From an uncultured archaeon (GTDB taxonomy: Archaea; Aenigmatarchaeota; Aenigmatarchaeia; CG10238-14; SCSR01): DNA of 64,000 bases. The notes under the pieces were generated by a model, which ran no database searches, had not been told where the DNA came from, and saw nothing but the letters and a program-made list of their open reading frames with translations. The stretch is from NCBI GenBank assembly GCA_964539655.1, contig CAZIJH010000002.1:80813-144812 (forward strand), written 5' to 3'. The first letter of the stretch is position 1. Each line of letters opens with the position of its first letter. Both the position numbers and the translations under genes were made by a program. Shown here piece after piece: positions 1-10,081 of this stretch.

Positions 1-633
1 GTAAGCGAGTTTGAGCAAAGCGTAAATTCCGATCGTAGCTATGATGAACAGCGCGGCTATGTTTGTCAGCAACGCAAGCGCCGTGAACAGTCCGGTAAGA
101 ATCAAATATTTTCTTCCGTGCATTTTTGTCGAGAGAATAAAACTAAGGAGCGCGATCGTCGCGAAAAACACGAACGGAACGGCGGTGTAGAAAAATACAG
201 AATATGTTACGAACGAAGGTATCGTGACGAGAATTATCGCAGCGATCACTGCAACGTTTTCGGAATAAATTTTCTTGATGAGAAGGTACGCCGCAAGTCC
301 GGTGAAGAACGAGACGAGTGGCAAAAGAATCTTAATGAACATATCGCTGAATCCGAACATCATGTAGAAGCTTCCCTCGATGAAGTTCCACATCGGCGGC
401 CTGTTGTACGTCACGCTCTCCAGCAAGGTCCCCTGCAGAGGATGGAATTTCGGATACAGCTGCTCCGTACCGATCACCCTTGCTGTCGCTACGTGGTACC
501 CCTCGTCACCGAACGCGATAGGACTACTTGTCGTGACCTGAAGCTCCAGCATCAAGACGACGACCAAAAAACCTAGAACGATCCATCTTTTGACGTTTCC
601 GAGCTCCAAATTGATGTTGTTGCTCCCTTCCAT
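1..633 (-). CDS. GT-C type membrane glycosyltransferase (ArnT/PMT-like), N-terminal part; gene continues past the window start
   Basis: Absent from the ORF track because it runs off the edge. My reverse-strand translation from ATG (633-631) reads MEGSNNINLELGNVKRWIVLGFLVVVLMLELQ...GDEGYHVATARVIG...NRPPMWNFIEGSFYMMFGFSDMFIKILLPLVSFFTG... and stays open to position 1. It has multiple hydrophobic helices typical of ArnT/PMT_2 enzymes and heads a glycosylation cluster. Confidence 0.6.
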   Translation of the reverse strand, partial: MEGSNNINLELGNVKRWIVLGFLVVVLMLELQVTTSSPIAFGDEGYHVATARVIGTEQLYPKFHPLQGTLLESVTYNRPPMWNFIEGSFYMMFGFSDMFIKILLPLVSFFTGLAAYLLIKKIYSENVAVIAAIILVTIPSFVTYSVFFYTAVPFVFFATIALLSFILSTKMHGRKYLILTGLFTALALLTNIAALFIIATIGIYALLKLAY

Positions 634-702
634 ACTTAGAAGAAATAATGCACGGAATAGGTTAAATAAGTTAATATACACGAAAAGGAAAATTTGATTC
701 AC

Positions 703-1581
703 ATGAAGAAAATAACGGTCGTGATTGTGAACTGGAACGGCCTCGAGAATCTAAAAATAGTAATACCCTCGCTGAAAGCGCAGACATTCAAAGATTTTGA
801 TATAATAATTTCCGACAACGGATCCACCGACGGCTCAATCGAGTGGCTAAAGAAAAACAAAATTAAAGTCATCGAGAACGGAAAGAATCTGGGATTCCCC
901 GCGGGCGCAAACAGGGGAATGAGGACGGCGAAGACGAAATATATCGCTGTTCTGAACGACGACATGTACGTCGACAAGAATTGCCTGAAAAATCTTTACG
1001 ATTTTGCCGAGAAGCATCCCGATGCGGGGGCCGCCCAAGTACTGCTTGTTAATTTCAACGGGGATCGCATCGAAAGCACGGGACTGATCGTCACTCACGG
1101 ATCGTTCATCGCGACGAACAGCCGCGGGGAAAAATTCACAAAATCGGCAACGAGGATGGAGCCGAGAGAAATTCTCGGAGTCGGAGGCGGCTGCGGTATA
1201 TTCAGAACAGAATTGGTGAGAAAGCTGGGATTTTTCGACGAAAACTTTTCTCCGGGTTACTACGAGGACGCGGACATCTCGTTCAGGATACGCAAAGCCG
1301 GATACAAATGCTATCTCGTTCCGTCGGCAGTAATCTACCACAAGCACGGGAACACGATAAACAAAATCGGATCGCCGTTCAGGCTGGCTTACCACAGGAA
1401 CCGATATCTGTTTCTGAAAAAGCATGGCACGCCGGAAATGTGGGCGAAAACTTTACTCTGGCTTCCGATCGTTACGGCATTCTTCACTTTCAGAAAGCCG
1501 GAATTCCAGCACCACAGAGAGACTTATAGATTTTTCTCGTCAATTGTTAAAGAGAGGCTGCTAAACAAAAAAGGTCGATGA
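703..1581 (+). CDS. Family 2 glycosyltransferase (GT-A fold)
   Basis: ORF 694..1581, with ATG at 703 (MKKITVVIVNWNG). GT2 signatures: VVIVNWNGLENLK, IIISDNGSTDGS, GFPAGANRG, LNDDMYV. Confidence 0.85.
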   Translation: MKKITVVIVNWNGLENLKIVIPSLKAQTFKDFDIIISDNGSTDGSIEWLKKNKIKVIENGKNLGFPAGANRGMRTAKTKYIAVLNDDMYVDKNCLKNLYDFAEKHPDAGAAQVLLVNFNGDRIESTGLIVTHGSFIATNSRGEKFTKSATRMEPREILGVGGGCGIFRTELVRKLGFFDENFSPGYYEDADISFRIRKAGYKCYLVPSAVIYHKHGNTINKIGSPFRLAYHRNRYLFLKKHGTPEMWAKTLLWLPIVTAFFTFRKPEFQHHRETYRFFSSIVKERLLNKKGR

Positions 1582-2741
1582 GAAAAAAAATGAAACTGCT
1601 TTTCATAATAGATTTTTTCTATCCGCATGTAGGCGGAGTGCCCACGCTGTTTTTGAATCTCACAAAAGAAATGGTGCGCAGAGGACACGATGTTACAGTT
1701 TTGACCACGCATTCCGACAAGACAAAAAATCACGAGGTGCATGACGGGATAAAAATCCACAGGCTCGGAAGAAACAGAAAAGAATTCCTCTCGAAATCCG
1801 TATCGTACGTTCTGAAGAGCAAGGAAAAATACGATCTGATACACACGAGCACCTACTCCGCGATGATCCCCGCGTACATACTGTCCGTGATGAAAGGAAT
1901 CCCGACATTCCTCAACGTGCACGAAGTATGGTCGATGAAAGAATGGATGGAATTCACGAAATCAAAAGGGATGTTCTATTTCACCGAGGAAAGAATACTT
2001 TTCAAACTTCCGTTTTCAATCTACGCTTGCCCGAGCGAGCACACGAAAAAAGACCTGATGAAACTCGGAATCAGCCCCCAAAAAATTGTAGTGATACCCC
2101 ACGGGATAGATAGAGAAATATTCAATCCGGGCATGAAAAAATTCAGGAAATACATCAGGGGGCTTTACAAAATCGGCGACGACGAGATAATCGGATGCTT
2201 TGTCGGAAAGCCGACCGTGTTCAAAGGAATAGAATATCTGCTGGATTCGATAAAGCAGGTCGCGAAAATGGCGGACATCCGTTTCATATTTCTTTTGTCC
2301 GAACTTCACAAGTCCGCGTACGAAAAATTCATCGCGAGGATCTCGAAAGATCCCGATTTGAAAAGGTCGATCATACTCGCAAAGTACACTGGCGACCACA
2401 GGTTCGTCGGAAAGATAATCGGCGCTTCGGATTTCGCAGTTATGCCTTCGCTCACTGAGGGATTCGGATTTGTCGCTGCCGAGGCCGCATCTATGGGGAT
2501 TCCGATAATCGTCACGAAGGGCACGAGCCTCACCGAAATAATTTCGCACGGCAAGCACGGGGTGCACGTGAACATCAGGGACGTCAAAGACCTTACCGAA
2601 GCGGTCGCTTCGTTTGCAAATCTGGGGACGAGGAAAAAATTCGTGGCCGCCAAGAAGTTCAAGACGTGGGGCGAAGTCGCGGAAGACTACGAAAGAATTT
2701 ATAAGCGAATAATTAAGAATCATAGAGAGGTTGACAAGTGA
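1578..2741 (+). CDS. Family 4 glycosyltransferase (GT-B, Glycos_transf_1)
   Basis: C-terminal GT4 signature AVMPSLTEGFGFVAAEAASMGIPIIVTKG. The start overlaps the upstream stop (ATGA), suggesting an operon. Confidence 0.85.
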   Translation: MRKKMKLLFIIDFFYPHVGGVPTLFLNLTKEMVRRGHDVTVLTTHSDKTKNHEVHDGIKIHRLGRNRKEFLSKSVSYVLKSKEKYDLIHTSTYSAMIPAYILSVMKGIPTFLNVHEVWSMKEWMEFTKSKGMFYFTEERILFKLPFSIYACPSEHTKKDLMKLGISPQKIVVIPHGIDREIFNPGMKKFRKYIRGLYKIGDDEIIGCFVGKPTVFKGIEYLLDSIKQVAKMADIRFIFLLSELHKSAYEKFIARISKDPDLKRSIILAKYTGDHRFVGKIIGASDFAVMPSLTEGFGFVAAEAASMGIPIIVTKGTSLTEIISHGKHGVHVNIRDVKDLTEAVASFANLGTRKKFVAAKKFKTWGEVAEDYERIYKRIIKNHREVDK

Positions 2742-5077
2742 AGAAAATAATTCTTGACCTGTTCAAGCGGTACTGGCATCTTGCGCTTCTGGCCGCAATA
2801 ATCGGGCTCGGAGTTTTTTTGAGATGGTCCACGGCGAACGCGGACATACTTCTTGACTACGACCCGTGGTGGTTCTACAGGCACGCGGAAAATATCCTGG
2901 AAAACAATTTCCAGCCGCCAAGATGGGACACTCAGAGTTTCTATCCTCCGGGAAGGCCGATCGATTTCGCTCTCGGATGGCCGTACACCATTGCAATATT
3001 TTATTCATTGTTCGGAAACCTGCTCGGACTGTCGTTGAGGAAATTCAGCGCGTATTTCGTCGCATGGTTCTCGGCGGCGGCGGCGATACCCGCGTACTTT
3101 GCAGGAAAATACGTGACGAACAAATGGGGAGGACTCATGACCGCATTTGTCGCGGTGGCCACGCCGACTTTCATAAGCGTGTCGATGGCCGGATATCCCG
3201 ACAGCGATGCGGTCGACGTGTTCTACTCGTTCATAGTTTTGCTCACCACGCTTTACGCGATAAAGAAAGCCGACATTGTCAAGTTCGAAAATGTTAAAGA
3301 ATTTGGAAAAAGTTTTGCGAAATATTTGCCTTACGTACTTCCTGCAATAGTTTCGAATTTCGTTTTCGCGCTCAACTGGAACGCGAGCTGGTACATGTAC
3401 TTCATATTTTTCCTCTTCGCGCCGATCTACATAATTTTCAAGATAATTGAGCTCTTTATCGAGGGGGTTCAAACCAAAACAAAGATCACTCTTCCGAAAA
3501 TTTTGGAGAAGGTGAGGGAAAGCAAAAACATTTTCCTCGCGATAATCGTCATCGGGCTTCTCGGAGAATTGCTGAGCATACTGACAATGGGGTGGCCGTA
3601 TAACACAATTCCTCCGCACGACCAGTTTGTACAAGGATCAAATCTTTTGATTTCACGCATAACAGAACCTGCAATGAGGAGCGCGTCTTACATTGTAATG
3701 GCATTGTTATACGGGCTCTACGGCGCGCTCGCAGGATACTCGTTCTCCAGATTCAAGGGAGTTGTTGCAGGAGGGGTCGCGGGACTCGCAGTTGGGCTTT
3801 CGATAATTATTTTCGGAGGACTGACAGGACAGAGCCTCATCGTAAACATTTCAGTCGCAGAGCTGCAGCCGCTCAACGTGTTCACCTCGGACGGGTTCTC
3901 GCAGGTGCTCGGAAGGATCGGAGGATTCCCGATGCTGCTCGCTCTCGTGGGGCTTCCGCTCGTGACGGCGTACAAATTAATTTTCAGAAAAAAAATTGAC
4001 ACTGCAGAATATTTCGTAATAATCTGGATGATAATTTCGTTCTGGCTCATAACAAGAGGCGTGAGGTTCTCGCTCCTGTTCTCGCTCTCAGTCGCGACCG
4101 CTGCAGGATTCGTAGTGGGAAACATGCTCAACAACATCAGGTCGTTCAGGAAAGACGAAAACAACAGCTGGCCGAGTTCCATATCTGCGACAGTGATAGC
4201 ATTCATAATTATCGGAGTCGTCTGGCAGATATCCGACACTAGCTTGTTCGCCCAGTTCACAGGCGGATTGGAAGTGAACGGAAACTGGAGAGGCATGATG
4301 GACTGGATCAAAGCGAATGCCGACAAGGACGCGATCATAGCGACGTGGTGGGATCCCGGGCACATCCTTGCTGGATATACCGGGATGAAAATTATGGCCG
4401 ACGGAGCACACTGCGGTCCGGCGTCGTGCGCGGTGTACGACCACAACACCAGGATACAGGACATGGGGCGCGCGTTCGCTGTTTCCGACGAGGACGAATC
4501 GATGAAAATTTTGAGCAAGTACATGAGCCTGACAAAGGAGCAGTGCGACAAAGTGAAGCTTATGTTCGGCGGCAGCGTTCCGTCGGACGCCTGCAATAGT
4601 CCGAGCGAGATGTACGTGATCGCCAGCGCCGACCTCATCGGAAAATATTACTGGCTCACGTATTTCGGGACGGGCTCGGGAAGGAATTACGCGCAGTTCC
4701 CCCTGAAAAGCGTCGACGGACAGGGCAATCTCAATTACGGAGACACGATCACAATAATGCAGACGAACAACCAGATCATACCCGTCATCAATGTTCCCAA
4801 TCAGGGAATCAGGAACGGAATAATTAAGAATCTCGTCTACTTTCAGGACGGACAATGGAGGATGCTCGATTACGGAGAGACGCAGGGAAACGTAATCAAC
4901 GGGATGCTGTGGCTCGACCAGAGCTACCAGACGGCGATATTCATGGACCCGACCGTCAAGGACAGCGTGTTCACGAGGATGTACTTCTTCAACGGCGAGG
5001 GATTGAAAAATTTCAAGCTCGTCTACCAGAACCCGGAGATAAAATTATTTAAGGTGTCATTCGAAAATCTAAGTTAA
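2738..5077 (+). CDS. aglB: Archaeal oligosaccharyltransferase AglB (STT3 family)
   Basis: 779 aa with a polytopic N-terminal half and a soluble C-terminal half. It has an acidic first-loop motif (LLDYDPWWFYRH) and the STT3 catalytic WWDxG motif, here ATWWDPGHILAGY. GTG start overlaps the upstream stop. Confidence 0.8.
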   Translation: MKKIILDLFKRYWHLALLAAIIGLGVFLRWSTANADILLDYDPWWFYRHAENILENNFQPPRWDTQSFYPPGRPIDFALGWPYTIAIFYSLFGNLLGLSLRKFSAYFVAWFSAAAAIPAYFAGKYVTNKWGGLMTAFVAVATPTFISVSMAGYPDSDAVDVFYSFIVLLTTLYAIKKADIVKFENVKEFGKSFAKYLPYVLPAIVSNFVFALNWNASWYMYFIFFLFAPIYIIFKIIELFIEGVQTKTKITLPKILEKVRESKNIFLAIIVIGLLGELLSILTMGWPYNTIPPHDQFVQGSNLLISRITEPAMRSASYIVMALLYGLYGALAGYSFSRFKGVVAGGVAGLAVGLSIIIFGGLTGQSLIVNISVAELQPLNVFTSDGFSQVLGRIGGFPMLLALVGLPLVTAYKLIFRKKIDTAEYFVIIWMIISFWLITRGVRFSLLFSLSVATAAGFVVGNMLNNIRSFRKDENNSWPSSISATVIAFIIIGVVWQISDTSLFAQFTGGLEVNGNWRGMMDWIKANADKDAIIATWWDPGHILAGYTGMKIMADGAHCGPASCAVYDHNTRIQDMGRAFAVSDEDESMKILSKYMSLTKEQCDKVKLMFGGSVPSDACNSPSEMYVIASADLIGKYYWLTYFGTGSGRNYAQFPLKSVDGQGNLNYGDTITIMQTNNQIIPVINVPNQGIRNGIIKNLVYFQDGQWRMLDYGETQGNVINGMLWLDQSYQTAIFMDPTVKDSVFTRMYFFNGEGLKNFKLVYQNPEIKLFKVSFENLS

Positions 5078-5086
5078 ACTGATTTG

Positions 5087-5707
5087 ATGCAGAACGAGTG
5101 GGAGAGGATTTGGAAGGGGCATCAGAAGCTCAAGTTTTTCGGAAGGATGCTGAAGTCCTCGCAGAAAAAAGTTTTGTGGAAAATTTTAGACAAAATAGCC
5201 AGCCTTCCGAGAAACTCAAAAATTATTGACGTTGGCTGCGGGACAGGATCGACTCTGAACCTTTTCAGGAGATTCGGATACAGAAACGCGATAGGTGCGG
5301 ATTTTTCGGAAGAGTCGCTGAAGATATGCAACAAGCTTTTCGGCTACCAGAAAAACAGGGACGTGTTCCAGATGGATGCGAGAAAATTAAAATTGAGGAC
5401 GAAGTCTTTCGACATGGTTTTTTCCGACGGGGTTCTAGAGCATCTTCCCGATATGTCCAAATCCCTCTCAGAATTTGCGCGGGTCTCGAAAAGATACGTA
5501 CTCCTTTTCCAGCCTAACCAAAAATCGGTGTTCGGCCTCGTGAAGGATTTCGTGTCGAAGCATCACGACGTCTCCTGGGAGAGGGAATACGAGTATTCGA
5601 AAAACGATTACGTCGCTCCGCTCGAAAACAATGGGTTCAAGCTGATTGCAAGCGGCTCGATAAATTTCAACGAGATGATGTGGCTTCTTTTCGAGAGGTC
5701 AAAGTAA
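5087..5707 (+). CDS. Class I SAM-dependent methyltransferase
   Basis: SAM-binding motif I IIDVGCGTGSTL and a downstream acidic loop (GADFSEE). Located in the glycosylation cluster. Confidence 0.8.
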   Translation: MQNEWERIWKGHQKLKFFGRMLKSSQKKVLWKILDKIASLPRNSKIIDVGCGTGSTLNLFRRFGYRNAIGADFSEESLKICNKLFGYQKNRDVFQMDARKLKLRTKSFDMVFSDGVLEHLPDMSKSLSEFARVSKRYVLLFQPNQKSVFGLVKDFVSKHHDVSWEREYEYSKNDYVAPLENNGFKLIASGSINFNEMMWLLFERSK

Positions 5708-6835
5708 TTTTCCGTATAGGTTCAACGTGGTCCTCGCGATATTTTTCCATTCAAGTTTTTTCGCGAGCGATAGATTTTCTTTTCCCATCTTTTGTACAAG
5801 TCTTGAATCTAGGAAAAGTTTTCTTATCGCGGCCGACAGCTGTACGATATCCTCAGGCTCGATTACGAATCCAGTCTTTCCATTTTCCACGCTCTCGTAT
5901 ATTCCCGGAACTTTCGTGACGATGACGGCTTTTCCGGAAGAGATTGCATCAAGCAAGGCCGCGCTCTGGCCGGCAGAATAACTTTTGGCGTAAGGGAACA
6001 CCGCAATCTGCGATTTTATTTTCGGAATGAATTCCCTCGGCGTGTACGTTTCTTTGAATTCAACATTTTTTCTCAACCCGATCCCGTCTATCAAGTTTTC
6101 CAATTCCATTTTGTAAATTCTTTCCGACTCGTGAATCGGATTTACCGATCCGTAAATCAAAAGCTTTGCGTCGGGAAATTCGTCGACGATTTTCTTGAAC
6201 GCGCGCACGAGATACGAAACTCCCTTGTGTGGCGAGAGGTATCCGAAAAAGAAAACGCTTTTCGCCGATTTGACGAACCTGCCTTTCAGCGGAATGGACG
6301 GTATTCCCATCGGTATCGTCTCCACGTTCCTAATTCCTATATTTTTCATTCTCTTTTCGTGGCTTCTCGTGTGTACGATTATCTTGTCCGGCAATCCGTA
6401 CAGGAAACTTTTGTGGAAAACGTTCAGCGGAAAATAATCCCTGCCGTGCAACGTGAGAACGATTTTGAATTTTCTTTCTTTCAGTTTCATGAAAAGCAGG
6501 GGGAGGAAGAACAAATTATAAAGCCCCGGCTCGTACTGGGCATGGACAATGTCCGGATTTATTTTTTCTATTATTGCAAGAGCCTCATCAACTTCTTTCA
6601 TCGTCCTGGGAAGAGATTTCAGTTCTCTCGCGATTTGCATGTACGATCTGTGCGAGACCTTCTGCGTTATTGTCCTGAAAATTTTCGGGCCACTCCGCGC
6701 GTCGTTGCGTTTGTGCGTAATGACGAAAACTTTTGATTTGCTGTCGACATTCTCAATTCCGGCCACCAGGCGTACAGAAACATCGCCGACCCCGTCCTTC
6801 GCGGGAGGGTAGGAGGTTATCATGCAGATTTTCAT
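5699..6835 (-). CDS. Family 4 glycosyltransferase
   Basis: ORF 5699..6970, trimmed to the internal ATG at 6835 (MKICMITSYPPAKDGVGD, a typical GT4 N-terminus). The longer version would overlap the histone gene. C-terminal GT-B region: VFPYAKSYSAGQSAALLDAISSGKAVIVTKV. Confidence 0.8.
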   Translation of the reverse strand: MKICMITSYPPAKDGVGDVSVRLVAGIENVDSKSKVFVITHKRNDARSGPKIFRTITQKVSHRSYMQIARELKSLPRTMKEVDEALAIIEKINPDIVHAQYEPGLYNLFFLPLLFMKLKERKFKIVLTLHGRDYFPLNVFHKSFLYGLPDKIIVHTRSHEKRMKNIGIRNVETIPMGIPSIPLKGRFVKSAKSVFFFGYLSPHKGVSYLVRAFKKIVDEFPDAKLLIYGSVNPIHESERIYKMELENLIDGIGLRKNVEFKETYTPREFIPKIKSQIAVFPYAKSYSAGQSAALLDAISSGKAVIVTKVPGIYESVENGKTGFVIEPEDIVQLSAAIRKLFLDSRLVQKMGKENLSLAKKLEWKNIARTTLNLYGKLL

Positions 6836-6894
6836 CGAACCAATCCGAATTAAATAAATATACTCCGCACGATTAATAATCTTAGTGAGACAAA

Positions 6895-7101
6895 TTGGCG
6901 TACCTTCCAAGACTGCCCTTTGAAAGAATACTGAAGCGCGCAGGTGCGAAAAGGGTTTCTCAGGACGCATTGGAAGAGATCGCGAATATACTCGAGGAAA
7001 AACTGATGATCATCGCAGAGGAGGCGGCCGCCCTCGCGAAGCACGCGGGAAGGAAAACAGTCATAGACGAGGACATCAGGATGGCCAAGAAAAAGGTTTA
7101 A
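6895..7101 (+). CDS. Archaeal histone (HMf/CBF-NFY fold)
   Basis: 68 aa: LPRLPFERILKRAGAKRVSQDALEEIANILEEKLMIIAEEAAALAKHAGRKTVIDEDIRMA matches the archaeal histone-fold pattern. It appears to use a TTG start, with no upstream in-frame ATG. Confidence 0.9.
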   Translation: MAYLPRLPFERILKRAGAKRVSQDALEEIANILEEKLMIIAEEAAALAKHAGRKTVIDEDIRMAKKKV

Positions 7102-7133
7102 CCTTGACGCACAAAAATTAGATTGAGATTTTC

Positions 7134-8090
7134 TTGTCGGTCGAAGACATAATTAACGAAATCCAGAAGAGGACGGGCAAGTCCAAGTCGGAGATATCTG
7201 ACATGATGGACGCGAAGCACGACGAGTTTTCCGGTATGATAACCAAGGAGGCAGCTGGGCTTCTTGTAGCTAGGGAGCTCGGAATTACGATGCCGAACAA
7301 CGGCACGAGGATGATACAGATATCCAACATTTTTTCCGGAATGAGGAACATCAACACTGTAGGCCGCGTGTTCAGGATTTCCCCGGTGAACCAGTTCGAA
7401 AAAAAGAACGGGGAGGCCGGCAGGGTCGTGAACATATTCATCGGCGACTCGACCGGATTCATCAGGATACCGCTGTGGAACGACCAGGTCAGGATAATCG
7501 AGGAGAACATTGTGAAGATGGGCGATGTGATACAAGTGTCCGGCGGACTTTCGAAGGAAAATAATTTTGGCGACGTGGAAATTTCTCTCGGAAAATTTGG
7601 GACCGTGAAGGCGCTCGAGAACGAGAGCGGGCTTCCATCGCTGGATTACCTGATGAAAAAATATTTCGCCGACAGGTCGGTACAGAGAATTTTGATCCGC
7701 GACGCGATTCCCGGGACCTTCGAATTCAAGGCGACTGTTTCCCAGATTTTCAGGGGAAGGTTCCTTTTCGATTCGGGTTCCGATCAGGCGATGATAATCT
7801 CGTGCATCCTGGACGACGGGTCGGCGACGATGCGCGCGGTGATGTTCAGGGATGTCGCTGAAAAGGCGTGTGGGCTGAAGGCTGGAGAGATCTCTTCTCT
7901 TGACGAGCAGGCCAGATACGGCGCTGTAGCGCAAGGAATTCTCGGAAAGGAATTTATCGTGTCAGGAAGAGTGAAAAACAACGAGATGTCGGGCGCGATG
8001 GAAATAATTGCGAACGACATCAAAAATATAAATCCTTTAGACGAGAGTAAAAGATTACTGAATGAGTTGGAAACTCTTGTTGGTGCTTGA
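7134..8090 (+). CDS. Replication protein A-like ssDNA-binding protein (OB folds)
   Basis: N-terminal helical domain followed by an OB-fold pattern: [44 protein letters not shown]...GDVIQVSG. A second OB-like half follows. Lies immediately upstream of radA and overlaps it. TTG start. Confidence 0.7.
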   Translation: MSVEDIINEIQKRTGKSKSEISDMMDAKHDEFSGMITKEAAGLLVARELGITMPNNGTRMIQISNIFSGMRNINTVGRVFRISPVNQFEKKNGEAGRVVNIFIGDSTGFIRIPLWNDQVRIIEENIVKMGDVIQVSGGLSKENNFGDVEISLGKFGTVKALENESGLPSLDYLMKKYFADRSVQRILIRDAIPGTFEFKATVSQIFRGRFLFDSGSDQAMIISCILDDGSATMRAVMFRDVAEKACGLKAGEISSLDEQARYGAVAQGILGKEFIVSGRVKNNEMSGAMEIIANDIKNINPLDESKRLLNELETLVGA

Positions 8091-8095
8091 GATTT

Positions 8096-9046
8096 ATGGC
8101 AAGTAAAAAAGAACCGGTCCTCGAAGACATCCCCGGAGTGGGAGTGAAGATCGCGGAGAAGCTGCGCGAGATCGGGTACACCGACATGATGACGATTGCC
8201 ACGACTTCTCCGACGGAGCTGGCATCGATCGCCGAGATAGGGGAGGGCCAGGCGACAAAGATAATCAACGCCGTGAGGCAGATGCAGAACATAGGATTCG
8301 AGACGGCCGACATAATTTTACAGAGAAAACTCGCCGCCCACAAAATTACAACCGGCAGCAAGAATTTGGACACTCTTCTCGGCGGAGGGATAGAGACTCA
8401 GGCCATCACGGAAGTCTACGGGCAGTTCGCAAGCGGAAAATCGCAGCTCAGCTTCCAGCTCGCGGTCAACGTGCAGCTTCCAATCGAGAAAGGCGGGCTG
8501 GGGAAGAACTGTTTGTTCATCGACACGGAAAACACATTTTCGCCCAACAGGATCGTGCAGATAGCGCGCGGTCTGAAGCTCGAGCCTGAAAAAATTTTGA
8601 GAAATATTTTTGTCGCACGCGCGTACAACACGGAGCACCAGGTGCTTCTTGTGGAGAAAGCGATCGAGGAGATCGAATCGAAGAACATCGGGCTGATAAT
8701 CGTCGACAGCCTCACTTCGCATTTCCGCGCGGACTTCGTCGGACGAGGTGAGCTCGCGCCGAGACAGCAGAAGCTCAACAAGCACCTACACGCACTACAG
8801 AGACTTGCGGACGCGCACAACCTTGCAGTTTATGTTACAAACCAAGTAATGGCAAGACCCGACGTCCTCTTCGGAGATCCAACAGCGCCGGTAGGCGGAC
8901 ACGTCCTCGCGCACCAGGCGACATACAGATTATATTTCAGAAAGGGGAGAGAGGGGACGAAGATTGCGAAACTCATGGACGCGGCAAACCTTCCGGAAGG
9001 CGAATGTGTTTTTAAAATAACTGAGAACGGAATAATAGACGCGTGA
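8096..9046 (+). CDS. radA: DNA repair and recombination protein RadA
   Basis: N-terminal HhH ([20 protein letters not shown]), Walker [11 protein letters not shown] and Walker [14 protein letters not shown]; length is typical for RadA. ATG at 8096 lies within ORF 8087..9046. Confidence 0.95.
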   Translation: MASKKEPVLEDIPGVGVKIAEKLREIGYTDMMTIATTSPTELASIAEIGEGQATKIINAVRQMQNIGFETADIILQRKLAAHKITTGSKNLDTLLGGGIETQAITEVYGQFASGKSQLSFQLAVNVQLPIEKGGLGKNCLFIDTENTFSPNRIVQIARGLKLEPEKILRNIFVARAYNTEHQVLLVEKAIEEIESKNIGLIIVDSLTSHFRADFVGRGELAPRQQKLNKHLHALQRLADAHNLAVYVTNQVMARPDVLFGDPTAPVGGHVLAHQATYRLYFRKGREGTKIAKLMDAANLPEGECVFKITENGIIDA

Positions 9047-9047
9047 A

Positions 9048-9503
9048 TTATTTATTTTGCAAACCAGATTGCTCCTCTTCGGCTTTCTTTTTGTCAGCGT
9101 CCCTCTTTAAGAAGTCTTCATTTTTCTCCGCAACTTTTTTCAGTCTCTGCTCATGTTGCCGGTAGATAGGAATCTTTCTTATGCGCTCTTCCGAATCACC
9201 GACGGACAGACTTCCAATTTCGTCCGAAGCTCTCATGGCCCACAAATCCTCTCCCACATCCAACAGATGAACTCCCATCATTGTGGCGTAGTAAGTGAAA
9301 TGATCACCATTGTAAAAAACAAGCCCTTCATCGACTAATTTTCTAAGGATAACATAGTGAATCTTCTTCGAATAACCAAGGAGCTTCACCCCGGCTTCCC
9401 CTCTAGGCAATCCTTCCATCGCGTGCCTGAGAACATCCCAAGACTCCGGCCTGCCCATGGTCTTGCATATTGTCGCCAATACTTCGTCCTCTTCGCCGTA
9501 CAT
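9048..9503 (-). CDS. Hypothetical protein, probable winged-helix DNA-binding protein with charged C-terminal tail
   Basis: 151-aa ORF. The segment YVILRKLVDEGLVFYNGDHFTYYATMMG resembles a wHTH recognition helix plus wing. No catalytic motif seen. Confidence 0.4.
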   Translation of the reverse strand: MYGEEDEVLATICKTMGRPESWDVLRHAMEGLPRGEAGVKLLGYSKKIHYVILRKLVDEGLVFYNGDHFTYYATMMGVHLLDVGEDLWAMRASDEIGSLSVGDSEERIRKIPIYRQHEQRLKKVAEKNEDFLKRDADKKKAEEEQSGLQNK

Positions 9504-9542
9504 AATTACAAGAAGAAAATTAGAAACGGCGCAAATCCGTAT

Positions 9543-9914
9543 CTAATTTTTATTAGCCTGTACATCTTTTCGCGCAGGTTGATTACAAACGCATTTTGCC
9601 AAATTTATCATGCGACTACCAAGTTGCGTCGGAAAATAGGATGGCTCGGGAATAGCATCATTATACAAGCCGATCAGACCGTTACTCTCAAGATCCCTGA
9701 TGCGCTTGTAGTAAGTGCTCGTTTTCATTCCCAGTATTTCGATTGTTTCACGTGTGCTATGCTTTGTCGGAAGTCCGTATTCGGATTCCATAAGCACTTC
9801 CCACGACCCCTTCCTTCTCATAACTTCCTGGATTCCAAGAAAACTTTCGAGGAAACCATCCCTTTTTATTTTGATGTACGCCTCGTAAAGAGTCTCTTTC
9901 CTAAACTCTGTCAC
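9543..9914 (-). CDS. Hypothetical protein, probable HTH/wHTH DNA-binding protein
   Basis: 123-aa ORF. ETIEILGMKTSTYYKRIRDLESNGLIGLY looks like an HTH. Tandem with another small putative DNA-binding ORF. Confidence 0.4.
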   Translation of the reverse strand: MTEFRKETLYEAYIKIKRDGFLESFLGIQEVMRRKGSWEVLMESEYGLPTKHSTRETIEILGMKTSTYYKRIRDLESNGLIGLYNDAIPEPSYFPTQLGSRMINLAKCVCNQPARKDVQANKN

Positions 9915-10081
9915 GGATTTTTACAGCTCCATCATTAGAAATGCAGCTCACATTTATACGTTTATCCAAAATTTAGGGGAATTGCTGATCGCTTTCTGAA
10001 ATTTGTAATTTTGTAAATTTTACCAGGCTGCAATCATCCGAGAAAAAATATATTTTATAGAATGCACACTTATTTTCGAGG

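Noticed and set aside
118-576. 152-aa plus-strand ORF (MHFCRENKTKERDRREKHERNGG...)
   Set aside because: Its composition is Arg/Glu/His-rich and unprotein-like. It lies antisense to a much better membrane glycosyltransferase frame, open from 633 to the window edge.
6836-6970. 45-codon N-terminal extension of the GT4 gene (ORF 5699..6970)
   Set aside because: The extension overlaps the histone gene on the other strand. The internal ATG at 6835 gives a canonical GT4 N-terminus (MKICMITSYPP).
7098-7934. 278-aa minus-strand ORF
   Set aside because: It is antisense to the RPA-like gene, has R/H/P-rich composition with no motifs, and is a typical shadow ORF.
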